Shown: positions 30,352 through 40,898, numbered from the stretch's first letter. The stretch is DNA of 64,000 nt from Ignavibacteria bacterium (GCA_016178595.1 JACOSY010000029.1:17002-81001); one strand, 5' to 3'. Translations and numbers: made by a program. Notes: generated from the sequence alone by a model not told the origin.

Positions 30352-32671
30352 TCACTTGATGAGGAGCATCTTCTTCGTATCGGTAAATTTTCCGGTTTGC
30401 AAGCGATAGAAGTAGAAACCGCCCGGGAGTGAAGAAGCATCGAACTCAATGGATTTGTATCCCGTGCTCTCCATTCCATCTATTAATCTTGCCACCTCTT
30501 GCCCGAGCACGTTGTACACCCTTAGTGACACAAATACCGCTTCAGGCAACCCGTACGTTATAGTCGTCGTGGGATTAAACGGTTCCGGATAATTCTGACG
30601 TAAAGTAATTTCTGTCGGAAGCGATTTTCTGTACTCCTTCGGGTCACTTGCCAAAGACTTATACAGTAGGTTGGTCTGGAATGAGACAGTGTCTGAGGCG
30701 GCAGATGTAAAACTACCAATGACGGCCTGCATATAGTAATGCACGTAGCAACCTTGAGTACCGAGAGCGATAACGGTATCCGTGTACGAGGAACCTGTAC
30801 CTGAATAGATCAGGTATTGGAGGTCGCCAAAACCGCATTCGGAATCGAGAAAGTATTTGTACAGGTTGTAGGTGGTACCGCACCAGTTCACCGTTGTCCA
30901 CGTCAACTTTGGATGGTTACACTTTACCACTCCACACCAACCTGTTTGCGAGGTTCCTGTGAGCTGTACCGTTGGCGGAGGCGCCGTATAGAAGTATCCG
31001 GTGTCTGACCAAGCGAGTGAATTATCGGACTTCACAGATGCGACGCGCCAATAGTACTGCGTTGAGTTCGTTAGACCTGTAACCGAGTACGATGTGGTGG
31101 TGATACCTGAAATGTCTTTGACCGGACTGGTAAAATCGTTGCTCGTGGAAACTTGTAGGCGATATGATGATGCAAGGATTATCCTGTCCCACTGAAGTGA
31201 TGGTGGGTTAGATAGTTGCGCAGTCAGGTGGTGCAAGGCGGCTCGGTTTCGCTATGGCTTGTTTGACTGCCTTATATGCATTCAAACGACCCCAGCCGTA
31301 CAGCGAATCATAGCCCACAGTGCCCTTATCGTCTGCCGATTGGCTAAGCATGTCTCTGATCTGAGATGCTGTTAGAGACGAATTTACAGAGAGCATCAGT
31401 GCGGCAGTGCCGGTAACAAATGGTGTTGCCATAGACGTACCCACCAGATAGCTGTAGGTCCGCGTCGTGAATCCTCGTTGCTCGAGGTAAGTGAGATAAT
31501 TTGGAGTCGTGGAGAAAATTTCATCCTCCTTTGTTAGGAGATATGACCGTCCCCCCGGAGCGACGAGTGTGAGGCCCCGGCCATAATTTGAATAGGCTGC
31601 GCGAAGGTCGTCCTGATCCGTTGCACCAACGGCAATCATATTGGTATACGACGACGACAACGCAGCAGGAGAAAGAAGTGAATCGGTACTAAAGTTCCCG
31701 GCTGCCGCAAAGATGGGTACGTTGTATGTATTGGCATACGCAGCAGCGTCTGAATCTTCAGGGGTCCTAACCCAACCACCGCCGCTATAATTAATGAGAA
31801 CCCGTACCTGTGGATTATTCCGTTGATAGTCGACCGCGTATCGCACGCCGTTGCGATACTGAGACGCAGTACCATTTCCCTGATAGTCGAAAACCTGAAT
31901 AATGAGGAGCCGACAGTTCCACGCCACGCCTGCCACTCCTTCACCATTGTTCGTCTGGGCAGCAGCGATTCCAGCAACGTGTGTACCATGCGCATTCTCA
32001 TCGCGAACCGTTGTGTCAGCGGGGTATACATCCACGAAGTCGTGGCCAAGGATAATTCTGTTCGGATCGCTGAAGTCTGGATGGGAAAGTGATGGGAGCA
32101 AGGTCCCGCCTTGATTCGCGCTCTGCAGCGGTATACCGGTATCGAGGATTGCAAGTACAACGTTTGGATTTCCCGTCGTGATGTCCCACGCTTGCTCGGC
32201 TTTAATATCCGCGCCAGGTGTTCCTCCGGGAGGAGACTGTCCCGTGTTTTTCAATGCCCATTGATAAGGATATGTGGCTGGAGTAGTGCCCCGGAAGTAC
32301 GGATCGTTCGGTAGAACAGCGGTCCTCCGGATCGCGGTGGGGATCGCCTTCTCGATTAATCCATTTGTCTCCAAAACGTGTAAGGCATCGAAGACGGCTA
32401 AGGACTCCGGAAGCTCAATGGTTGTCCATCGAAGCACATCAATGTCCTCGTTAAATTTTGCTCCAAGGATTTGCAAAGCACTACTAAGCTGCTCTTTCAC
32501 TACGCCCGGCTTCACTTTGATACTAATCATTCTATCGGCATACTCAATGTCTTGCCCATTCCAGATTCCTCGCTTGATTGTCAATTGCGCTTGCCCGGTC
32601 TGCGCGTTAAGGAGCAGGTAAACGATAATGCTCCAAACAATTGCGCGAAGACAACGATCAAAGTCTTTCAT
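30352..32671 (-). pseudogene. Secreted S8 subtilase with FN3-like domains and T9SS CTD, split by a frameshift at about 31208-31213 (ORFs 31208-32686 and 30352-31236)
   Basis: Catalytic LAILDTG / ENAHGTHVAG / GTSMATP are intact. ORF1 ends LAPPDCATI*; the other frame continues SNPPSLQW...SYRLQVST and ends [14 protein letters not shown]...VYNVLGQEV...KKMLLIK. AGGAG precedes ATG 32671. Confidence 0.8.
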
Positions 32672-32705
32672 TGGTTCTCCTTTCATTACTTGCTTGGTTT
32701 TATCT

Positions 32706-34493
32706 TTACAGATCGTCCAATAGGTACTTGTATAATCCTTTTGTTGTCTTTACGTATGTTGTTTTCCCATCCGGCGAAAGCCTGAGTATTTGAAAGGGAT
32801 GGTGCGCAGAATACGGAAGAGGCTCCCAACTCGAGCCTCTATTCTGAGACCGATAGATGTAGCTAGTCAAATTGGTCGAGTTCGAAGAGATATTGATGTA
32901 CAGGTGGTCCGCCCTGAGAGGATATGTGAAGATGTCCGACACATGGATCGCACGGTCCCCCGTTAATCCAACATCGGACTTTATCCAAGTCACTCCAGAA
33001 TCGGCGCTGAGGAAGAACCCATCAGAAGTCCCTGCATAAAGACTCTCGCTAGCTATTGGATCCACGGCAACAGAGAATAGTGAGGTATCAATACATGCGA
33101 TCTGGTGCCACACTTGACCCGCATCGCGTGTTTCGTAGAGCGCGCAGGAGCCTACTGCAAGGAAAACGCAGTTTGTTATCCGAGGGTCGATTGCAATGGA
33201 ATAGACATCTCCGAACCTCGCTGATTCAAACCAGTTCTGTCCACCGTTTGTGCTTTCGAAAAGCCGCCCCGCACGAAACGCAGATGTTCCTACGTAGAGC
33301 GTCTCCGGATGGAGTGGATCGATTGAAAGTTTAGTCGTTCCTTCTTCAGGGACCAAGTTAAGCCCTGAGTCTACCCACGCCCATGTGGAGCCGCGATCCG
33401 TCGATTTTAAGATTCCCGTTGCCGGCGTGACCCCATTACCGTACGCAGTAACATACACGATGTTTGGATTCGAGGGGTGAATGTTGATGTCCGTAGCAGC
33501 TATGCCACGGAGGAGTGTGTCCCAAGAGGCGCCTCCGTTAGTGCTCCGAAAGACTCCACCGACATGTCCGCTGCTGAAATCACTGAAGCTGCCTGCGTAC
33601 AGAATATTAGGATTTGACCAATCGGCAGCAAATGAGGTAACCGGCTCATTACCCAAACCGAGATCTTGCCAAGCCGTAACAAACCACCTCCAGGCCGAAT
33701 GACCGACACGCCAAAAGTATCTCTGTGCTGCTACAAGGGTCGTCACAGTCGCAGTTGTATCGGTCACGACCGTATCGACCACCAATGCAGCGAAGAGAGA
33801 ATCCGATGCAACCTGTAGACGATAGCCAGTACTATCCTCTAACGCAGTTCTTCTCCACATGAATATACTAGGAATCGTTGCGCCAGCACTGTCCGGTGGA
33901 GATACCAGCGCAGGTGAGGCATCATCATTGAGGTATTCCTTCAACATACCTGTTTGCGCTATCTTCACCCAATATCCCTCTTCAGGGAAGAGTGTGTCAA
34001 CTGATACATAACCAATTCCGGGGTTGTAGTGGAAGTATTGGGAAACAACAATATTAGTTGGCATGCTCGTGATCTGGCTTACTGCAATCGGCACTTCAAG
34101 TGTGCCGATCATGTTCCACCCCTTGGAAAGTTTTAACACATTGTTGAATAACGGTTGTCCCAGAATCGAAATGGTGTCAGCTGTAGGAAACTTCAACCAG
34201 TATCCTACACCACTATGCATCGTATCCTTTGCCAGGTAGGTCCCGTCGTAAGCGAAAGCAGGAGAAATGGCCGTTGGGAACAACACGCTCACTCGTGCAT
34301 CCTCCACTACAAGCGGAAGGGAAATGAGATTCCAGCCTTCCGCTACAGTAATCTTAGTCGTGTCGAGTGCTGCGCTTTGTTGCTGTACGCCGGAAGATAG
34401 CCGAGAAAACTCTCTTGCCCATGCTGAAGTACAAAGTGCAAGCACGACAAGAAATATGTGCCAACATGTGGAAAGGATAGCACCTCGGCGCAT
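32706..34493 (-). CDS. Secreted protein with a 'GWNLISLP' module, FN3-like segment and BNR/sortilin-like (S/T-x-D/N-x-G-x-T/S-W) repeats
   Basis: Signal peptide MRRGAILSTCWHIFLVVLALCTSAWA; repeats RSTNGGASW, KSTDRGSTW, ESTNGGQNW, ETRDAGQVW, LSADSGVTW, RSQNRGSSW. Confidence 0.82.
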   Translation of the reverse strand: MRRGAILSTCWHIFLVVLALCTSAWAREFSRLSSGVQQQSAALDTTKITVAEGWNLISLPLVVEDARVSVLFPTAISPAFAYDGTYLAKDTMHSGVGYWLKFPTADTISILGQPLFNNVLKLSKGWNMIGTLEVPIAVSQITSMPTNIVVSQYFHYNPGIGYVSVDTLFPEEGYWVKIAQTGMLKEYLNDDASPALVSPPDSAGATIPSIFMWRRTALEDSTGYRLQVASDSLFAALVVDTVVTDTTATVTTLVAAQRYFWRVGHSAWRWFVTAWQDLGLGNEPVTSFAADWSNPNILYAGSFSDFSSGHVGGVFRSTNGGASWDTLLRGIAATDINIHPSNPNIVYVTAYGNGVTPATGILKSTDRGSTWAWVDSGLNLVPEEGTTKLSIDPLHPETLYVGTSAFRAGRLFESTNGGQNWFESARFGDVYSIAIDPRITNCVFLAVGSCALYETRDAGQVWHQIACIDTSLFSVAVDPIASESLYAGTSDGFFLSADSGVTWIKSDVGLTGDRAIHVSDIFTYPLRADHLYINISSNSTNLTSYIYRSQNRGSSWEPLPYSAHHPFQILRLSPDGKTTYVKTTKGLYKYLLDDL

Positions 34494-34652
34494 AGAGTAT
34501 CTTCCTCCAAGTATGGTCCGAGACATTGATTGCCGATGGAATTAGGCTTGAGAGAAGTTAGAGAAAAGAAATCCTAATGTCAAACAAATAAATCTCCTTC
34601 GTGCTTCCAAGCCGGAGATGTGCACGACCTACTCCAAACTGTGAGGAAAACG

Positions 34653-35147
34653 TCAGGAGATTGATTCGAGTAGATCAGAAAACTGCTCTTGCACAAGTCG
34701 GTATGGCAGCCATGTCTTCAGCTGACGTGCGCCGAGCGCATCGTAGAAACGAATTGCATTGACGTTCCAATCCAGCACCATCCATTCCATCCGTCCGCAG
34801 TTCCTGCGTTTCGCCTCTGACACGCACGTGCGGAACAATTGCAGGCCGATTTTCCGGTTTCGACACTCGGGAAGAACAAAAATGTCTTCAAGGTAGAGTG
34901 TGGGCCGCGCGAGAAAGGAAGAGTAGGTCTCAAATACGATTGCGTAGCCGACGGTTTTTGTATCGACAAACGCGAGATAGACATCGAAACGCTTTTGCTT
35001 GCCGAGCGCATCTCGCAAGAGTCGTGCTCGTGCGGTTCGGGTTGGGCGCTTAAGCTTTTCGAAGTCGGCGAGCGCGTCAATCAGTGTGAGAAAAGCGCGA
35101 CCGTCTTTCTTTGTCAGTGTGCGAATAGTGATTTGGTTCGAAGGCAT
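34653..35147 (-). CDS. GNAT acetyltransferase (diamine acetyltransferase-like)
   Basis: LADFEKL, YSSFLARPTLYLEDIFVLPECRNRKIG, GRMEWMVLDWNVNAIRFY. Confidence 0.93.
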   Translation of the reverse strand: MPSNQITIRTLTKKDGRAFLTLIDALADFEKLKRPTRTARARLLRDALGKQKRFDVYLAFVDTKTVGYAIVFETYSSFLARPTLYLEDIFVLPECRNRKIGLQLFRTCVSEAKRRNCGRMEWMVLDWNVNAIRFYDALGARQLKTWLPYRLVQEQFSDLLESIS

Positions 35148-35150
35148 TGC

Positions 35151-35369
35151 TCACTCTGTTTCCTCTAGGAAGCCGGAGCAATGGCGAACAGGGAGCGATG
35201 GATATTTTGGGAATGCGGGGTCGATTCTTGAGTAATTGCATAGCACAAAGTCATTCCCCTTGGCGCTTACGATTGTTTGTGCGAACTTGCAGTTGGTGCA
35301 GAGTCCGGCTTTCAGATGATTCGATGTGTGAGATGCAGGGATAACACGGGAATCACGAGGAGTAGGCAT
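35151..35369 (-). CDS. Small four-Cys conserved hypothetical protein
   Basis: GLCTNC...FVLC...DPAFPKYPSLPVRHCSGF; tightly packed between neighbouring genes. Confidence 0.75.
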   Translation of the reverse strand: MPTPRDSRVIPASHTSNHLKAGLCTNCKFAQTIVSAKGNDFVLCNYSRIDPAFPKYPSLPVRHCSGFLEETE

Positions 35370-35376
35370 TCTTGGT

Positions 35377-36684
35377 TTATGGCCTCTTGCGAAGCGTACC
35401 TTGCTCTTCAAGCTGCTCGACGACCTTGCTTATGCCTTTCGATACAAACGTATCGAGAAGTGTTCCGGTGAGAGTAATGGCAGGCTCTTCAAGATGCTTG
35501 AAACTTTCTTCCGATTTCTTCGCTTCCGGTTCGACTTCCTCTGCAAGTTTGATGACGGACGGTTCGCTTGTAACGTCGCTCGTCAGCGTGCTGCCGATTG
35601 CACCGAGCGCGAACTTCGCGCCGAGTTCTTTCACAGGCTGGAAAAAGGACTCGGGAATTTCTCGAGCCGTGGTGGAGATAAGCTGTCCTACTTCTGACAT
35701 TCGTCTGTCGAGCGAACGACCGCGGAAACGAGATGAAGCAGCGATTGTGTACATTGCACTGGTGATGTTGCCGCTCAGTGCAGTCGATGAGGCCTGGAGT
35801 GCTCGACTTAAACTGCCGCCACATGCCTCGATGTGTTCACCCAGTGCGGTGAGACCATACTGTACGGACTGCCCAAGCGATTCTAACCCTTTCCGAACGT
35901 TCTCTCCGTGATGAACCGTTGATCGGGCAGTGATTCTTGCAGCTTCGATCTGTGAAGCGCCATTCGTATAGGTGGTCAGGAGCTGTGTAGCGCGTTCAAT
36001 GTCGAACTGGATACGATCCACCATCTTCGGGCTTCGCAGTTCAAAGTAATAGTCGCGCGCCTTGTAGAAATGCCACACTGAAACTTGTGCCATCATCTGC
36101 AACAAGTTCGGGTCGGAGTTAACGGCAGCCATTGCTTTTTCGCCGATGTGGAGGTTGACGGCAGCTTCCCATTCCTTTGCTCCGAGCCGCATAAACCACT
36201 GGCGTGCAGCGACAAGGTCGCTTAAGTCGTCGAGCGTGCGGATTTCTTTTTCCACACCGCGCTGTGCGTAACCCATTGCCGCCATGTACGCAACGGCCGC
36301 AGCAGATTTGTGGATGCCAAGTTCCGAGAAGAGTCGGAACGCAACAATCAGCTGATCGATAACTTTATCGGAGAGGTTTCCCTTGGTGTAATGCTCTTTG
36401 ACTTTTGTGTAGATTTCCTGCGCACGCTGAAGGTAGAGTTCCGCTATCTCGCGGTAGCGCTGCTTGAGGATGACTGTTCGCTTGGCGTGCTTATCAAGGT
36501 ATTTTTTATCATCCTTTCGGAGGACAATGATCGCATCGCGAATTTCCCTGAGCGAGATAACTTCCGACAGGGTTCCACTCCCGCACAAGTAGCATGTTGT
36601 GCGCACTCCATCGTAGTCGATCCAACGGTGCTCGCACGCGGTACACCGCTGCATTCCGAGCTTCATTGAAAACTGGTCGGTCAT
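35377..36684 (-). CDS. Hypothetical protein: N-terminal Zn ribbon, helical TPR/SNAP-like repeats, 11-mer amphipathic helix
   Basis: CTAC-13 aa-CYLC; alanine/aromatic-rich helical repeats; 11-residue periodicity over aa 266-342. Confidence 0.85.
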   Translation of the reverse strand: MTDQFSMKLGMQRCTACEHRWIDYDGVRTTCYLCGSGTLSEVISLREIRDAIIVLRKDDKKYLDKHAKRTVILKQRYREIAELYLQRAQEIYTKVKEHYTKGNLSDKVIDQLIVAFRLFSELGIHKSAAAVAYMAAMGYAQRGVEKEIRTLDDLSDLVAARQWFMRLGAKEWEAAVNLHIGEKAMAAVNSDPNLLQMMAQVSVWHFYKARDYYFELRSPKMVDRIQFDIERATQLLTTYTNGASQIEAARITARSTVHHGENVRKGLESLGQSVQYGLTALGEHIEACGGSLSRALQASSTALSGNITSAMYTIAASSRFRGRSLDRRMSEVGQLISTTAREIPESFFQPVKELGAKFALGAIGSTLTSDVTSEPSVIKLAEEVEPEAKKSEESFKHLEEPAITLTGTLLDTFVSKGISKVVEQLEEQGTLRKRP

Positions 36685-37862
36685 TGGCTTCGCTCCGCAA
36701 GTTGACGGATCAAGCGCTGGTATTCATCTTCGGTAAGCTCGCCGAAGGCATACTTTGTCTCAATGGTCTCGCGGTCGAAGTGCCGGCGAGCCTTCACGCT
36801 GATTTGCTTATAGGTCTCCGCCGCACGAATCCGAGCGAATCCGCGCAGGGTTTCTATTTCTTCCTGATAAAGTGAATTGATTCGCGATGCATCGTTGATG
36901 GGATCGATTGGGCGATCACCTTTCGATGTGCGTCGCAGGTTGGTGAGTTCTGCAAATTCTTTTACACTGATATTCTGCAGAAGCTCCAGTGCTGTCTCGA
37001 ATTCTTTCGCCTTGTAATAAAAATGATATGCCGCTTTGAATTCGCTCTCCTTCAAGAGCCAATCGGCAATCTCTTTATTCTCCGTCGCCGAGAGGAGAGC
37101 GCGGTCGTAGATGAAGAAGGATGTTGTGTAGTCGCCTGCTTCGCGTTTAAGGGCGCCGAGGCTTGTCATGTCGTTCTCGATCCAGAAGTACCACTCTTCG
37201 AGATCTGCACGATTTTCCTGCCGAGCGAGATCGAGATAGTCTTGTGTTCGCCCCCAAGCTTTGAAGAAGCAGTATGTAAGGAGCGCAACGTCGACATTAT
37301 GCGGATTACGATTCATCGCTTGGCGGAGAATGCCGAACATGATTTCTCGCTCGTTGCCGGGCATCGTGAAGAAAAGCTTGATCGGAATACGGGGGATCTT
37401 CCGGAGCCGGCGTGTATGATCGGTGAATTGAAATGTGTGCTGCGGGTTGGATATTGGGATCTCCAGCTCCAACTGTTCAACGGCGGAGTAGAACCGTTCC
37501 TGCACCATGATCTTTCGGATGCCGTGGTACCACGGTGTATCGGCATCATGGAAAGCACTTCCCAAAAACATTTGCCAGGAACTCATCGTGCTTTCGATGA
37601 ATGAATTTTCCGGAAGCGGTATAGTCGTCTTGAAGATGTCGATGATGTTTCGATCACGTGTGACGATATCGTCGAGTGAATTCGTTTCTCGCAAGAGTTG
37701 CGCGATAAAGAAGTGCTGGATCCATGGTCGAGTGAGCGCATCGTTCACGGGATGGCGTACGTCGGAATGGTCTTTTGTCTGTTCAAGGAGCTTGTCGGGA
37801 TAGATGCCCTGAACGCCAATTTTCAACCGATCAGTATTTGTCTGGAAAATCGTAATCTCCAC
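36681..37862 (-). CDS. Hypothetical protein with TPR-like repeats and a C-terminal SHOCT-like motif
   Basis: 393-aa ORF with GTG start; YHFYYKAKEFETALELL is TPR-like; ETKYAFGELTEDEYQRL is SHOCT-like; ATGA overlap with the next gene. Confidence 0.85.
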   Translation of the reverse strand: MEITIFQTNTDRLKIGVQGIYPDKLLEQTKDHSDVRHPVNDALTRPWIQHFFIAQLLRETNSLDDIVTRDRNIIDIFKTTIPLPENSFIESTMSSWQMFLGSAFHDADTPWYHGIRKIMVQERFYSAVEQLELEIPISNPQHTFQFTDHTRRLRKIPRIPIKLFFTMPGNEREIMFGILRQAMNRNPHNVDVALLTYCFFKAWGRTQDYLDLARQENRADLEEWYFWIENDMTSLGALKREAGDYTTSFFIYDRALLSATENKEIADWLLKESEFKAAYHFYYKAKEFETALELLQNISVKEFAELTNLRRTSKGDRPIDPINDASRINSLYQEEIETLRGFARIRAAETYKQISVKARRHFDRETIETKYAFGELTEDEYQRLIRQLAERSQ

Positions 37863-38046
37863 GTAAAGCCAAATTCTATGAGTGTGTTCCTACTGTTTCA
37901 CTTAAAGTCTGGGCGAAAACTCCAAGCAAGCCCTACACTTATGCCGGCTATGAATATACGAAAAAAATTCAATTTGTCCAGTGGAAAGGAATAATGCAGC
38001 AAGAACTCCCCCTATTACTCATTTTTAAGGGTTTTTTATGATAGAA

Positions 38047-39231
38047 CTATCGATGTTGGAAACCTTTTATCACTCTTTCCGAAAGATTTGGGAGATTACT
38101 GCCGTGCTCCGAAAGTGTGATATATTTTTCGAAGAGATCGGCAGGACCGGTGGCAATTGTTTCGATGAGTGCTGGACGACCGAGGCGCAAATCAATTTCA
38201 CGGGCAATGAACATGCCCGCCATTGCACCGTAGCTTTCCAAGTATCCGCTCAAGTTGGCAGCCCGGATAAGCTCTGCGGCGCGATCGAACGTGAGAGTGT
38301 CAGAAAGGAGTTCTTCGGCGTTTCGATTGAATGTTGTAAATACTTCGCGTGCCCGTGTGTACCAGTCACGCGGGACGTAGCCGTGACCGCGCTGGTCAAG
38401 AGAGAGGTAATAAGCGATGCCTTCGTTTTGTGTGAGATCAAGGAGTTCGTCGAACGGACGTCGATGCTTCTTGTAATATTGCTGCCAGCTTGGCGAGTTG
38501 TCCTTGTATGCGCCGAATGCGGCATGAAACACTTCGTGCGCAACGACGCCAAGGACCGAGAGAAGACGTTCGTCGACATCATCGCCGTAGCGGACGGCAT
38601 GAGCGAGATTGATGACAATCGTCAGTTCTCCTTCGAGCTCGCCAACGAATCGGGGAACATCCCCCTGCCAGGTAATTCGGCGGACGTAGGCATCGACATT
38701 TTCGTGACCGAGTGCAACGATATAAACAGGAATGAGGATGGATACTGACGCATCCTGCGGGAAAATCTGCTCGATTGTCGCAGCGACTCGACGGCTGAAG
38801 TTTCGTTTCTTGATGGCCGTAAGAAGTTCCTTAATGTCTGCGACATTCTTTCGCGCCTCTTCGAGGTGGTAGACGTCGTCTCTGATGATTTGGTGAGCCT
38901 TGAGGGAATCGAGGTAGTTTTGAAGTTGCACAGTTACCGGGCTGCTGTTGGCAATAAGGCCTGTCGTTGACGCGGCGATACGATTGCCTCGAAGTTCGGC
39001 AAGGGATTGTGTGTTTGTGAACTGATCCTCGAAGAGATCTATCGATTGCTCCGCTGCAGTATAATCGATATGAAGATCGACATTGAAGTGGGGGTTTGTT
39101 TGGGAGGAAGCTATGGGCGGAAAGTTAACAAGGCATAGAACGATGAACCCCATGTTCAGAAGAAATAAGCGATTCCCGATGGTTGAAAAGACAGAGCGAA
39201 TTTCCAACAGCACTAATCTGCGCAGAATCAT
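38047..39231 (-). CDS. Secreted putative Zn-dependent protease (HExxH; DUF5700-like)
   Basis: [11 protein letters not shown] followed by QNEGIAYY; N-terminal hydrophobic segment; ATGA overlap with the hutU stop. Confidence 0.7.
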   Translation of the reverse strand: MILRRLVLLEIRSVFSTIGNRLFLLNMGFIVLCLVNFPPIASSQTNPHFNVDLHIDYTAAEQSIDLFEDQFTNTQSLAELRGNRIAASTTGLIANSSPVTVQLQNYLDSLKAHQIIRDDVYHLEEARKNVADIKELLTAIKKRNFSRRVAATIEQIFPQDASVSILIPVYIVALGHENVDAYVRRITWQGDVPRFVGELEGELTIVINLAHAVRYGDDVDERLLSVLGVVAHEVFHAAFGAYKDNSPSWQQYYKKHRRPFDELLDLTQNEGIAYYLSLDQRGHGYVPRDWYTRAREVFTTFNRNAEELLSDTLTFDRAAELIRAANLSGYLESYGAMAGMFIAREIDLRLGRPALIETIATGPADLFEKYITLSEHGSNLPNLSERVIKGFQHR

Positions 39232-40898
39232 CTCAACATCGGCACGTTCACGCCCATTTTTTTCGCATTGTCGATCGCCGTATCATACCCAGCATCTGCG
39301 TGGCGCATAATGCCCGTGCCGGGGTCGTAGGTAAGCACGCGATCGAGACGACGTTCAGCTTCTTTCGTGCCGTCTGCGACGATCACCATGCCGGCGTGGA
39401 TCGACATCCCAATGCCAACACCTCCACCATGATGCACACTGACCCAGCTTGCACCTCCGACGGCGTTGAGGAGTGCATTCAAAATTGGCCAGTCGGCAAT
39501 CGCATCGCTACCGTCTTTCATTTTCTCTGTCTCTCGGTTTGGTGAAGCGACCGAGCCGCAGTCGAGGTGATCTCGTCCAATGACGATTGGCGCTTTTACT
39601 TCACCGCGCGCGACAAGGCCATTGAAAATTTTACCCATCTTCGCACGTTCGCCGTAACCAAGCCAGCAAATACGCGCGGGAAGTCCTTGAAACTGTACCT
39701 GCTTCTGAGCTTTCTCGATCCAACGGCAAAGCGATTTATTATCCGGAAACGTTTCGATGATTGCACGGTCTGTTCGATAGATGTCCTCCGGATCGCCCGA
39801 TAGCGCAACCCAGCGAAACGGTCCCTTACCGTCGCAGAAGAGCGGACGGATGTATTCCGGCACGAATCCTGGAATATCGAATGCATTTGTGACTCCGTTG
39901 GCGAGCGCTTCACCGCGAATATTATTCCCGTAATCGAATGTGATTGCTCCCCTGCGCTGCAAGCTGAGCATTACCTGCACGTGCTCGACGATTGATTCAC
40001 TCGCACGCTTCACGTACTTCTCCGGATTTGTGCAGCGGAGATCGAGCGCTTCTTCGAAGGAGAGATGCGCAGGGACGTACCCGTTGAGCGTGTCATGCGC
40101 GGAGGTCTGATCGGTAAGCACATCGACCTTGATGTTGCGTGCAAGAAGCTCCGGCAGCACTTCAGCAGCATTTCCCAGAAGCGCGACGGACCTGGGCTCC
40201 TTGAGTTCTTTGGCTGTCTGCAGAATGAGAAGCGCCTCATCCAGCGAGTTCGTCATTTCATCGACGTATTTTGTTCTGAGTCGCTTTTCAATCCGACTAC
40301 GATCGACCTCGATTGCAAGACACGCAGCACCGTTCATCGTCGCGGCAAGCGGTTGTGCACCGCCCATCCCGCCGAGTCCGGAAGTGACGAGAAGTCTTCC
40401 TGCAAGACTTCCACCGAAATACTTGTCGGCCACTGCCGCAAACGTTTCGTAGGTTCCCTGCAGAATTCCCTGCGTGCCGATGTAAATCCAACTGCCTGCC
40501 GTCATTTGCCCGTACATCGTAAGACCAAGCGCTTCGAGCCGGCGGAACTCGTCCCACGTCGCCCACTTGGGAACGAGCATCGCATTGGAGATGAGCACGC
40601 GCGGTGCGTCCGGGTATGTCCGGAAAATGCCGACAGGTTTTCCCGACTGGATGAGAAGTGTCTCATCGTTCTCCAGGTTTTTCAAACTCCGCACGATTGC
40701 ATCGAAGCATTCCCAGTTGCGCGCGGCTTTTCCCGTGCCGCCATAGACGATCAGCTCGTCGGGATTTTCGGCAACTTCGGGATCAAGGTTGTTCATCAAC
40801 ATGCGAAGCGCCGCTTCCTGGGTCCAGCCTTTACAGGTTAACTGTGTACCACGCGGGGCTTTGATGATTCTCTTCTCTTCGAGTGCGAGGGTTTCCAT
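39228..40898 (-). CDS. hutU: Urocanate hydratase
   Basis: [76 protein letters not shown]. Confidence 0.98.
   Translation of the reverse strand: METLALEEKRIIKAPRGTQLTCKGWTQEAALRMLMNNLDPEVAENPDELIVYGGTGKAARNWECFDAIVRSLKNLENDETLLIQSGKPVGIFRTYPDAPRVLISNAMLVPKWATWDEFRRLEALGLTMYGQMTAGSWIYIGTQGILQGTYETFAAVADKYFGGSLAGRLLVTSGLGGMGGAQPLAATMNGAACLAIEVDRSRIEKRLRTKYVDEMTNSLDEALLILQTAKELKEPRSVALLGNAAEVLPELLARNIKVDVLTDQTSAHDTLNGYVPAHLSFEEALDLRCTNPEKYVKRASESIVEHVQVMLSLQRRGAITFDYGNNIRGEALANGVTNAFDIPGFVPEYIRPLFCDGKGPFRWVALSGDPEDIYRTDRAIIETFPDNKSLCRWIEKAQKQVQFQGLPARICWLGYGERAKMGKIFNGLVARGEVKAPIVIGRDHLDCGSVASPNRETEKMKDGSDAIADWPILNALLNAVGGASWVSVHHGGGVGIGMSIHAGMVIVADGTKEAERRLDRVLTYDPGTGIMRHADAGYDTAIDNAKKMGVNVPMLR

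Noticed and set aside
31208-31213. Programmed +1 frameshift (prfB-like) at ATC TAA C
   Set aside because: tRNA-Ile on AUC cannot re-pair with UCU in the +1 frame and there is no internal SD. A 2-nt TC deletion is the simpler explanation.
30352-39231. Prophage or integrative mobile element
   Set aside because: There is no integrase, transposase, phage gene, tRNA attachment site or terminal repeat; only a modest AT shift in part of the block.
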